Source: Bilabrum cf. latius (Eukaryota). From it: DNA of 64,000 bases. The notes below the pieces were generated by a model. The model did no database searches. It saw nothing but the letters and a program-made list of their open reading frames with translations, and was not told where the DNA came from. Shown piece after piece: positions 36,945 to 48,331 of this stretch (its first letter is position 1; every line of letters starts with the position of its first letter). A program made the translations under genes and the position numbers. The stretch is taken from assembly GCA_965178125.1 (NCBI GenBank), contig OZ237735.1, positions 1,240,001-1,304,000 of the forward strand, in the 5' to 3' direction.

Positions 36945-39900
36945 ATGTTTCAGGGCGGAGCAGAAGTAAAACAACTGAGAAATGAGAATACACAGCTACG
37001 CAGGCAATTGGTTCACTTGTCCGAAGAGCTCATTGATTCGGGAGAGCAAATAAACAGATTGAAGCGGAAGGTCCGAGCTCTTGCCGGAGCAGGAGATGCA
37101 TCACCAAAGTCGCCCGCTGGAGTATCCCCAACCAAGGTGGCAGAGAACGATGCTGACCCTGGGGCCAAAGAATCTTCGAAGCTAATCAAGGCGCTGGAGC
37201 GGCGCGTCGCAGAGCTCGAGGCCGAGTCGGCACGAGCGCATCAAATAGCAACCAAGCAATCGGAAGACTTGATTTAGGCAGATCGGCGGTCACAAAGTGC
37301 ATCAGCCCAGATTCGAGAGCTAATGGCGCTGCTTGCCGAGGTTGGCGTCGACCCTTCGTCGGGTACGAAGACAAGTGATGGCGAAGCTAGCAGCAGCAAT
37401 GCCCCAGAGCGGATTGCTGTCGCCAGTTAGAAGCGCATTGGCGCAAACAGAGTGCCAAATTGCAGCCTATCAGACCGTCCCACCACTGTGCGGATCCAGC
37501 GGGATTCTCCACTTGCTGCTGCGTAGCTCAGTCACGCCAGCGACCGCCTCGGGGACTTCCTTTCATTCGCAGAGCGGAGCGCGGAGGCGCTCGAGCAATA
37601 CGTATCAGCAGGCGAATAGTTTTCTCGCGCTGGTGCACAGGTATCGACTCTTTTGCGCACCTCTCGCTACCAGCCGTGGGCGGCAGAGGTGCCGGGCTTG
37701 TTCGAGGGCCTGGCGGCGGTGGCAAAGTTGCAGCAGGACCAGAGCAGCTACTTGGAAGTGATGGTTCAGTCCATCAGATAGGCGTACTGCGAGCCCATCG
37801 TGGCGTTTGCGCAGGCCCGGGCCAGCAGAGTCCAGAAAGCGGTGGCAGCTGCGGAGCAGGCCAGGCAGGAGGCCAGCAGCGCGACCTGGAGCTTCCTGTG
37901 CACCTCGTCGAGCGCGGGTCACGATGCCGCGAGGAAGGCTGAGGAGGAAGCAGCGGCTGCGACAAGGCGGGCAGAAGCGGCTCGATTTGACGCCGTCCGT
38001 TTGCTGAACGAGGCCGAGCTGAGCAAGCGAGCCGAGCTTGGGGAGAGGCTGTGCGGGGTGTACTACGCTTTGAGGGCGTACGGGCAGCAGATGCACCTGT
38101 CCGTCTCGAGACTGGAGGCGACCACTCGCGCCCTGCAAGCAGCTGCGGCACAGGCTTCGACTCTGGAGAAGGAGCGGGCCGTGGTGTGGCGGCAGCTCGC
38201 AGCCGCCATGCATTCCGAGCTTGGCAGGGCGTTCACGACGTCGGGACAGGCGCGGGCGGGCGTGACAGAAAGAAGGAGGATGCCAGGTGCGGTGCAGGGG
38301 AAAGGGAAGAACGGCTCGGGCAAGGGAGGGGAGGCGGGGGTGGGCGATGGGGAGGCCGCAGGCAAGCCGCGCATGACTGGCGGCATCGGGGTTGGGGACG
38401 GTGCGGGCTTGGACGAGGCGGGCAGTGACATTCCCGCTGGCCCGCTCGACCTGGTGAATGAGGTGGTCGAGTCAGTCGCGGCGAGAGTCAGGGAGCAATT
38501 GGAGGAGGATCAGGGGGCTGCTGCCTCATCCGAGCAGCCGATCAGCAGCGGAAGAGGGCAAGGCCGCGGGCCGGACGCCACGAGCGGTGTACCTGCCAGT
38601 GCCACCGCTGCCGTTGCTCCCAATGTGACACCGCTCAGCCCCGGGCTGACGAGGGCAGCCGTTGGCTCGCTGGCCTCTGCTGTCGCGTCGAAGCCGCAGC
38701 CGGCGGCAGGAGCGACAGAGGGCGCCAGAGGGCCAGACCAAGGGGCAGAGAAGAGCGACTCTGCGGGGTCAGCACCCGGGGGGCCCGCCTCTGGATCCGG
38801 GTCTAGCGCTGCACACGCCAGCGACTCGATGACGGGGGGCGACGCAAGCCGGGCCGATTTGGGCGGCTGGCTGTACAAGCGGAGCAGTCGTCCGATCGGC
38901 GTGAGGAGGGCGGATTGGCAGCGGCGGTGGTTCTTCGTGGACAAGGGTGCGCTGTGGTACGTGAGGGGAGAGAAGGACTTGAACCCCGTCAAGGTGCTGG
39001 ACATGGTGGTGGGGAATGTGCGGAGCAGCGATGCGGCAGACGCGTCGTCTCCTGCGCACGACGTGCGGTTCTGCTTCGAGATTCGCACGCCCGGCGAGAG
39101 GGTGTTCTACCTTCAGGCGCCGTCAGCGAGAGAGAGGCAGAAATGGGTCAGCGGGCTGCGGAGGGAGTCCGAGAAACAGCTGCTCGCGGCGAAGCGGGCG
39201 AGCACATCGGGGGGATCAGGCGCCGGTGGTGGCCCCGCTGGCGACGGCAGCGACGGCTCCGTGGCTGCTGGCCAGGGACAGTCCGCCTCTGGGTCCGGGG
39301 GCTCTGGCGGTGACACGGCGAGCGGACGGGGCAACTTGGCGAACGATCCCCGCGTGAGGGCGATCCAGGAAGCAAACCCGAGGTGCTGCGATTGCGGGGC
39401 CGAGCGGCCGGACTGGTGCAGCCTCAACCTGGGTGTGCTGCTGTGCATCGCGTGCAGCGGCGTGCATCGGTCGCTGGGGACTCACCTAAGCAAGGTGCGG
39501 TCGCTGACCCTGGATGCTCTTGAACCCAGGGTGCTAGAGGTGCTAGAGGCCGTGGGAAACGATGCATTCAACGCCGTGTGGGAGGGTAGCACGCAGGAAG
39601 GGTGGCAAAGGCCCGGGCCCAAGGCGCCGAGGGAGGAGCGGGAGCGTTTCATTCGGGCCAAGTACGAGTGGAAGGGGTTCGTGAACGTTCCTTCGCTAAG
39701 CCGATCGATCGCGCGGAGGGCCACAGGAGGTGATCCCAGCGGTGGAAGCGGGTTGGAAGAAGGGGCGGAGAGCGAGGGCGAGGGGGAGGGGGACGGTGGC
39801 GGTGACGGTGACGGTGACGGTGACCTGAGTGGTGGTGCTGGGCCTGGTGCTGCAAGGTGGGGAGGAGCCGGGGGCAGCGCGGGTGATGGAGAGGAAAAAG

Positions 39901-40262
39901 GGGGAGGCGATGGGTCGTCTGGAGCCAAGAGCTCTGCCGCCGTGGCTCAGGACTAGAAGAAGCTGGCCAAGTCGGCACTGGCGGTGGCAGCCAGAGCATC
40001 GGGCGACGGCGATCTGCAGGCATTGCTGGAGTGCGCTGCTGCCGGGGCTGATTTCGAGCAGCCCGTTGAAATTGTTGAGGGGCAAAGCGCCACAACTGCG
40101 TTGCACGAGGCAGCGAGGGGCGGGCATGCGGTTGTCGCGGAGTGGCTGCTGCAGAACGGGGCCAGAGCTGACGTGCCGGATGGGGAGGGCAGACTGCCCG
40201 CGGCGGTGTGCGAGTCCGCGGGACATGCCGATCTAGCAGCGATGATACGAGCAAGACAGTAA
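36945..40262 (+). CDS. ACAP/AGD-like Arf GTPase-activating protein (coiled coil-BAR-PH-ArfGAP-ankyrin); TAG read as Gln
   Basis: One frame with TAG at 37275, 37428, 37524, 37617, 37779, 39954. BAR start DSPLAAA*L; PH GWLYKRS..WQRRWF..RFCFEI..LQA.S..ER.KW; Arf[32 protein letters not shown]; ankyrin TALHEAA; ends TAA. Confidence 0.92.
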
Positions 40263-40483
40263 TACGTTTATTGCATTCATGTTATACTCGTGTGCCCAGT
40301 TGACTGCCAGCGAATGAGGCGTTTGCAAAATGTGTTGCGACCAGCCTTCTAGCAGCACGCCGGCTTCCTGTTTTTGCGAGGCGCCGCGAGCGTTCCGGCC
40401 GACAGGTTCCGCACGACGCAGCGCATCGACCCAGTCGCTTCACGTGACCGGCTCGGAGGCGCGCAGTCCGCGATATCTGTACA

Positions 40484-43400
40484 ATGTCCTCGATACCGCC
40501 CGCCATACGAGCTGCAACAGCGACTGGACCCCCGCGAGTGGGTCTGCGAGCGCTTTATGACCGTAGATCGGCTGGTGAGCACGAGCTCACGATCACCGCA
40601 GGACAAAAGCTGCTAGGCTGGAAAGAGATTAAGAGCCCCGGGGCTGACACTGGGTGGTGGGTTTGTTTGCCCGCTGATGCTGCATCTGCGCACCCGCCGT
40701 CTCTGGTTCCTGCCAATTTCGTGCGAAGGCGGAGGGCAGCATCGGCATCGAGACCGAAGCGCCCCCGTGGGACGCGGAAGGCCGCCAAAGAGGGGAGCAG
40801 CAGTCCCGGCGCCTCGCCAAGTCTAAAGTCAACAGCAAGTGGCGCGAGGCTGGTTGGTGTTAAGCCTCGGTTTGATGCCAATCCGCTGAGCCTGACACCA
40901 AAGGCGAGCGGCAGCCCCTCTGCTGCTTCGCCAGTCCCATCGAGCGGCGGCAGCACACCGCACGATTTCGGACACTCGGGATTCGATGCGAGAAGGCGAA
41001 ATGTCCCGCGGGGTATCCGCACCAACACATCGCTTGCCCAGGTGAGCGGCGCTCCGTCCCCCGGCAAGCCCAAGTCCGATCCAAAGCAGGCAGCCGCGGA
41101 GCGCGAGGCCCGCAAGAAAAGAGAGCAGGAACGCCAAACCGCTCTGCGGTATGGAATCTGGGCCCACAATCTGGCGCTCCTCGCCGCTCTATATTGCGGC
41201 GGATTCGGCGTACCGGCCGTCGTGTGGGCGAGATCCCGGCGCGAGCTGGCGAGCACTCATTCGAGCGAATTCCTGGGGTACTTTTGCGTCCTCGTGGGCG
41301 TGGGCATGCTGGCGCTAGAGCTGCTCACGGCGTATCGCATCCCTTTGTTCGCCTCGGAAGCCTGGCGCCCCTTGGTCCGATCGATCGCGAGCACCTGCGG
41401 CTGCGGCGACTCTGCAGCGGCCGACGAGGCGCACGAGGCGAGGGGCGCTGCAGCCACCGCCGCGGGCGGGGCCGACGGCTCTACATCCGATTCCGAGTCG
41501 CTGCCCTGCGTGACGCAGTGCCTGCACCTCCCGTGGCGCGGCGCGCTGTACCTGGTGCTGGGGCTGCCGCTTCTGAGCCGGGCCTCCACGGCCCTGGCTG
41601 GGATTGCAGTGGTGGGGGCCGGTGCGGTGTACTGCACTGCGGTGCTGCGGGGAGAGGTCGGCGACGGGCGCTCGACGAAGAGGAAGCTGCCTAGCCGCGG
41701 AAACGGCAACTCATGGACCGCGTTCTTCGGGTGCGACTGCTGTTGCTGCCTGCCGGGGGAGGAGTCGGCAGGAGCAGAGGAGGCCGGGGTGGACCCCGCG
41801 TGCTGCGAGCGGTGCCAGATCTGGGCCCTGCGCCAGGCCGAATCGGGAGAGGTGAGAGAGACTGCAGCAAAAAACAAAGAAGAGACCAAGACCGCCTGCC
41901 TCCCCCGCTCTAGCAGAACCATCACCAGGTGCCAGCTAATGGCTCCGTCCGCTCAAAATGATCCCGGCTACCCCTCGCATTCTTCCCTGTTTTCCTTTCT
42001 TATTGCCTCCGATGATTCATGGTCGCAGGTCGGCAAGTGGGCCCTGCTGGCAGCCTACGTCGTGGCAAACGTCGTGTTCGGGAGCTACTTGCTCGCTGTG
42101 TGGACCACTGCGGTGCAGGAGCAGCACGACGAGTATGACGAGTGCATCCTCGAGATCAACCCGGCCAACCCAGGGCAGGGGAACATCTGCACCGCCCCTC
42201 TGACGTTTTGGGCCCCCTGGGCCAAGATGTGCGGCGGGCTGCTCAACCTGAACTGCTCCATCATGCTGCTCCCCGTCCTCAAGGGATTCATCCGGGCTCT
42301 CAACAATTGCCACTGCGGCACGACCTCACTGGCCTCGCTGCTGCCGCTGAGGAAGCACATCACCTTCCACAGGTACGTGGCTCTGGTCGTGTTCGTGCTC
42401 GCGTCGGTGCACACGTTCGCGCATTTCATGAACTACGCGTACAGGCCGGACGAGACTTTGGACACCTTCCCAGCTACGGAGGACCCCACCACGGATGCCA
42501 GGGAACAACCGTGGTTCGGTACCGTGAAGACCGCACCGTGGTACACCGGCGCCGCCATCTGCGTGGCTATGCTGGTCATCTACAGCGGCGCTGTGACCGC
42601 GGTGAGGAGGTCGGCCTACTGGCTGTTCTGGGCCTGCCACCACGCCTTTGCCCTCTTCTACGTGTGCCTGATCTTCCACGGCCCCGTGGCCATTTGGTGG
42701 TGCGGCGTGCCACTGCTGCTGTACGCGGCTGAGAGGCTGTGGCGAGTGGCAAGGGGCCAGAAGGTGGTGTACCTCAGGGCCGTGCGCTGGCTCGACCCCG
42801 TGCTCGCGCTCGAGTTCCAGCCAGAGGACAAGGACGCCTTCTAGTTCGTGGAGGGGCAGTACCTTTATCTCTCCGTGCCCGCGGTGGAGGGGGACAGCTA
42901 CCACCCGTTCACCATCAGCTCGTCCGTCGGAGACAGGGACCAGCTGGGCTACATCACCTGCCACATCAGGGTGCATCCGGGAGGCTGGACGGAGCGTGTC
43001 AAGGACTACTTGGTGCAGTTCAACCCCCGCCAGGAGTTCCCGTTGGTGCTGCACCGGTACGACGAGAGCGGGCGGCGGCAGGTGGGCAAGGCCACCGGTC
43101 CCGACGGTCTGCCCATCCTGCGCGTGGACGGGTGCTTTTCGGCTCCGAGTCAGCATTACTGCGCGTACGACGCTGCGCTGGTGGTGGGCGCGGGGATCGG
43201 CGTGACCCCGCTGGCCTCCATCCTCAGGGGCGTGCTCCTGTACCGCTGGAAGAGGGGCCATCGGCCGCAGCACCTTCACGTCGCGTGGGTTGTAAGGCAG
43301 TCGGAGGTGGCTGCGTTCCAGTGGTTCGTGCAGGCCCTGGCGCAGGTCGAGGCGGAAAGGGCCCGTGACCTTGCGGCTGGCAACGTGAACGACGAGAACT

Positions 43401-43825
43401 TCATCGAGATCCACCTGTTCGTGACTCGGGTCAACAAGCAGCTGCCGGAGAGCAAGTGGCCGAAGCTGCTGGAGGCCGCCAAGCTGGGCTCGGATCAGGC
43501 GGACCACGCCCCCTTCCGGCCGGAGCGGCTGCTCCGCGAGATGGTGCTCCCTTCGCAGCCGAGTGCTCGCTTCCAGGAGGTCATGCAGGCGCCCGACAGG
43601 GCCACCAACCGGCTGCAGGACGTGTACGTCTGGGACGGGAGGCCGCCTTGGGAGCACGTGGTGGGTAGAGTATCGGGTGTGAGCGTGCGGGGGGCAGGGC
43701 ACAAGCAGGTGGGCATAACCTTTTGCGGTGCAGCCCCGATTGCGAAGGCGCTGAAGGAGCAAGCAACCTTGTACAGCGACTTCTCGAGGGGAGTGCAGTT
43801 CACCCTGCACAAGGAAATCTTCTGA
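40484..43825 (+). CDS. NOX: NADPH oxidase with N-terminal SH3 and p22phox-like domains fused to a NOX2/gp91-like core
   Basis: SH3 (ALYD..ELT..GWW..LVPANFV) at 40538-40723; p22phox-like TM segment at 41141-41656; heme His pairs FHRYVALVVFVLASVHTFAH and HHAF..IFHG; FAD motif HPFTISS; NADPH motifs GAGIGVTP, FCG, HKEIF. One TAG at 42842 (DAF*FVEGQY); probable intron 41852-42028; ends TGA. Confidence 0.9.
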
Positions 43826-44026
43826 TGCGCGCGCGCATATGCTCTGGAGGCATGCTTTAGATTTCAATCGAATGGTCCGTGCAATTGTAGTTTTCTCCAG
43901 TGTGTCGAAGTTTTACTGCCTCATCTTTAAAATTATCGGCATGGAGTCTGTGTTGGTCGCAAGAACCATTTTCGATAGCCGGACGACTACGATCCGCGCA
44001 CATAGAACTGCAGTGATTGAGGTTCC

Positions 44027-45157
44027 ATGGCTTAGCTTGCCGAGGCTATCTCTACATTTTTCCATGCTCCCAAGTCATCGGAGGATGGCCATCCCCATCC
44101 TGGTGGAACCGAAACATCCGGCTCGGGCGAGTCTGGGACAGCGGTTGGACCTGATTCGCCCGTTTCTACCCAGTCAGGGGCGGCTCAGCAAGAAGAAACA
44201 GCAGAATACGGACTAAGCATACACGCTGATACAATTGACGCGGATTGCTTGGATGCATCCTCCCACAGTACCCGAGAAGCTCCTAGTGCAACTGCATCGA
44301 GGTCACTGCGTGCGAAGCGAGCAGCGGCCGCAGAAGCACGCCAGAAGGGACCGTAGCAAGGCAGCAAGCCAGCCATTGCACATGTTCCGTTACCAACTAT
44401 GCCTGAACACGCGAAAATTTTGGATTAGAGCCGGGAGGGCTAGGATATTGGTGGTAGTTCGACCTCGCGTCCGAGATTGCCAGCACAGGATTCCAAGCAA
44501 GCTCGGCGTCCTCCGCACCGATTTTTGGCCGGCCTACGAGTGATTCAGGGAACTTGGAGATTCCGATGATTGTTTGGCATGAGAGAATGGCTATTCTCTC
44601 GCTATTGCAACCGAAACCGCGTGCTTCCTGGAAACGGGCAGTACTCGTGTTTTGGCCGAACTTGCTTGCTATGACTAGCTTTCTTGGATACTCAGGTGAG
44701 AGATCTTAAAGAATGTATTATGCCTGAAGCGCATGCTGTGATTGAGATTGTTAGTTCTGCTTCGCTCCCAGCATCATTGGGATTGGGTGTGCTGCGTCTG
44801 CATGGGTGATTCTACCACAATTATTTCAGAAGGGTTGAACCATTGCACACGCTCATCTCGCAGATTCCTATGGAAACGATGATGCCAATACCCATGCTAA
44901 AGTTGCATGGGGCTTCGTGCTTTCTTGGTGTTGTCATTTGGCAGTGGACAGGCGGTGCGATCCATTGCAGATGCCGCACTGCTTTTGTAGTTCCAGCCGG
45001 GATGGTGGGGACAACTATGCTTGCTTCTTGTGTTTTAGTGTGTATGACTTGCTACAACTGCTCGATATAGACATCGCTCGTAGCATTTCCGACCAAGGAG
45101 CGACCCCGGCCGTAGACACTCTGCCTGAATTTTTGTTGGAGTAGGGCATCAACATGA
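44027..45157 (+). CDS. Probable intron-containing hypothetical membrane protein, exon structure unresolved
   Basis: ATG GCT TAG CTT at 44027 opens ~175 codons interrupted only by TAG. Downstream hydrophobic segments (VLVFWPNLLAMTSFLGYS; FLGVVIWQW..MLASCVLVCM) and a GTGAGA..CCAG intron-like stretch at ~44696-44771 lie in other frames. Confidence 0.35.
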
Positions 45158-45352
45158 TATTCAGCCGTGCTTGCTGGGTCCGTACTAAACCCGTCAAACT
45201 CCTGGCGCGGTGCGCATTCCACTGTGTTCGGCCCAAGTGCCAAATCACGGACAGAAAGCGACTTGGCTTTGGCCTGCCCGCGGGTCCCGCCACCGGTCGC
45301 GCAGACCCTCCCTCGAAAAACCTCGGCGGCAGTGCGCCCACGAGCGGCAAGA

Positions 45353-48280
45353 TCACTGCCTGCCCACCGAATTGTTTTCATCGTCCTAAGATATCCGAAG
45401 CGAGTACTCGTCCAGCTGGGACTGAGTCGGCTCGGAGGGCGAGCCGGCCAAGAGGTCTTGCCCAGCGGAAGACTTGGGAAACGCGAGCACGTCGCGCAGA
45501 GACGGCGCATCCGCAAGCAGAGCGACCATTCGATCCAAGCCAAACGCTATGCCGGCATGCGGAGGAGCGCCGTGGCGAAGAGCCCGGAGCAAGTGCTCGA
45601 AAGAGCCCACAAGCTCCTCGGACAGTCCGAGAGTCTCCCGCATCTGGTGCTCCTGCCTGTCCGCGTCGTGAATCCTCACGCTGCCGCCGCCGAGCTCCCA
45701 TCCGTTTGCGACCAAATCGTACGCACGGGCACGGCAGGCGAGCATGCTCCTCTTCCTGCCCCTCCAGAGCTCCCAGGCTTGCTCCTCGAACCGCCGCGCG
45801 CCCTCCTCGTCCCCCCCCTCCCTCGCCGCGCGCGACAACTCCAGCAGCTCGTTCCGCTGGGTCTGATATACCTTTGTTGCTTCTGGTCCTAGCGTGGCGG
45901 CCCAGTCCTCCTCAGTGGGCGAGGTGAATGGGTGATGCGCCGCGGAGAGCCCGAAGGTCTCCGGGGGCGCGCCAGGCCCAGACTTGCCACCGGCCTGTGC
46001 CGCAGCTTCCCCTCCGTCCACCCCTCCGCTTGGATGATTGCTTTCTTCTTTGCCCTCTTCGCCTTCTTCGCTTGCTTCCAGCAGCGGGAAGTCGACCACC
46101 CAGAAGGGATCGATCGCGTCACGGCGCAGCAGCGCAGGCTCGCCGCCCTCTTGTGCTCGCACCACTGTCTCGGGAGCAAACCGACCCACATTCTCTGCCA
46201 CCGGCTCCTCCACGCCCAGTTTGAGTCCTGACTACGCCATGCTGGTGGCAAGCTGCAGACGGGCGGCCCCTAGGACCCGGCACGGATCCTCGCCCTCCCC
46301 CGCTGCCACCAGCAGGAGGTCTCCCGGTCGCAATTCACCGGCACCATGCTCGCTCACCAGCCGAGCAATAGCCTGCCTGCGCTCTATTCCAGGGAACAAC
46401 TTGGCCCCGGGACCCGACCACTGCCAGTCGAGCTCCCCAGACACCCTTTCCTCCTCCAATCCATCCCCTTCCACCCGGATCGCGACCAGCGCGCACCGGC
46501 CGGCAGGGGGCCCGGCCGCGGCTCTGACTTCCGCCAGCATCTTGTCCAGGGGTTTGCGGCCAAGCAACGCCGACAGCCCCGGGGCAACCACTGCTCTCAC
46601 GCTCGGCACGCCTGCCTGGATCCCGGCCGCCTCGCGCGGGTCACCAACCTTGAAAACAGGCGGGGTGGGGTGCACCCCGAGGCGAGCAGCTGCGTGGCTC
46701 GGCAGGCGGGAGAGCAACTCGGAATCCATATCCAGTTCGCTTTTGCTTTCTCCTGCGGATTGCAGGGAAGGGGATGCTTTATCATTTTGCATGCGAGCGA
46801 GCCCATCGCTCTCCCGCCACCCGCACGCCTTTCGGAGCAGTTGCTCCAAGCTGCCCAAGCTCGCCTCCTGCCGGCCCCAATCCCGAAACAGCTCGGGCAA
46901 GATCGCAGATGAAACGTCAGCGATGGGCATTCCCACCCTCCGGTCGGGTCTGTCCGTCCCATATCGCGACACGCAATGGGCGTACGTCAGCCGAGGCAGC
47001 CTGCCCTTGGACGGCACCTCGACGGCCGCCTGCCGCCGAGGCAGGCCCGGCTTGAAATGCCGCAATTCTCCCGCCGCCGCCTCGGAAGCCGCGTTGCAGA
47101 CGGCCGCAAACGTGGCCTCGGCCACCGCCATGACGCCCTCCTCCGCCTCGCCCGACAGCTCGATGTCGATCTGCGTGAACTCGGGCTGGCGGTCCGCCCT
47201 TCCACCTTCGTCCCTGTAGCACCTCGCCACCTGGAAGTAGCCCTCCAGGCCGCCCACCATCAGCAGCTGCTTGTACTGCTGCGGGCTCTGCGGGAGGGCA
47301 TAGAACTGCCCCCTCCGGCGGGAGGGCACGAGGAACTCGCGGGCGCCCTCTGGGGTGCTGCGGAAGAGCGTGGGCGTCTCGACCTCGATCAGCCTGCAGC
47401 GCTCCACGAGACACCGGCGGGCCGCGTGCGTGATGGCGGAGCGGAGTCGCAGGTTCCGCTGCATGAGCGGGCGCCGCAGGTCCAGGTACCGAAACTGCAT
47501 GCGGGTGGATTCGTCGGCGCTTGCCGCGGCTTTGGTTCTTGGCTTACCTCCGCCCTTGCCCTTCCTCTTGCCCGTACCCCCAATGCTGCTAGGTACACTA
47601 GCATCTGGACGTTGCAAATCGGTGGACGCCGCAAGCAGACCCTTCATGGCAGCTGCGCCGGCGTCACCGCCCGCTCCTGAACTTGGACGCTAGCCATCGA
47701 ACGCAACCTCATTCGCCACATTGATAGGGGGCCTCGCCTCGCACATATTGTCGACTTTCACTTGTTCGGGGTGCAGCTCAACGGCACCTGTCGCCATGTC
47801 ATGGTTCTGCATGTCCTTCGCTCTGTGCTTCACTGTGCCCACCACTTGCACGAAACTCTCGGTAGGCGTTCCCTCTAGAATCGCTACAAGTTCGGCTGCG
47901 ATAATGCAGTTATTTATAATTAAAACATATTGCGATAGCTAGTATCCGTGTTTGTTGCGCTACAAGCTCAGTAGACGACCTACCGCTGCAAGCGAAGGTG
48001 GCTCACGAGCTGTTGAGGTGTCCACGGTCATTTGAACGCACCCACTGGCGTCCCGAAGCAATACAAACATCAGTGGGCCGAATTTTCTCTTGCTTTGAAT
48101 CCATCCGCGAACGTGAATCTTCCATTCCATTGGGGCTACAACCTCTCCACATCCTCGAGGTACGACTCTGTGGGTTCCAGAAGCCACCAAGGTCGAGCAG
48201 GAGCGCCTAGTTACGCAGACAAGGAGCGACTGCCAAAGCTACAATGCTACTTTGTTCGATCTGTAGCCTAGACGGCGCAT
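45353..48280 (-). CDS. DARS2: Aspartyl-tRNA synthetase, mitochondrial/bacterial type; TAG read as Gln
   Basis: Motifs GWIQSKRKFG.L.FV.LRD..G.VQ, RYLDLRR, EVETPTL..STPEGAREFLVP, ALPQSPQQYKQLLM, RCYRDE..RADRQPEFTQID, HHPFT, YDLVANGWELGGGSVRIH, GAPPHAGIAFGLDR, FPK. TAG at 48239, 47690, 46232, 45386; intron ~47896-47979; ends TGA 45353. Confidence 0.93.
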
Positions 48281-48331
48281 GCTAAGCGATGTAGAACACG
48301 CGATTGGCTTTGGCGCACCAAACCGGAACTA

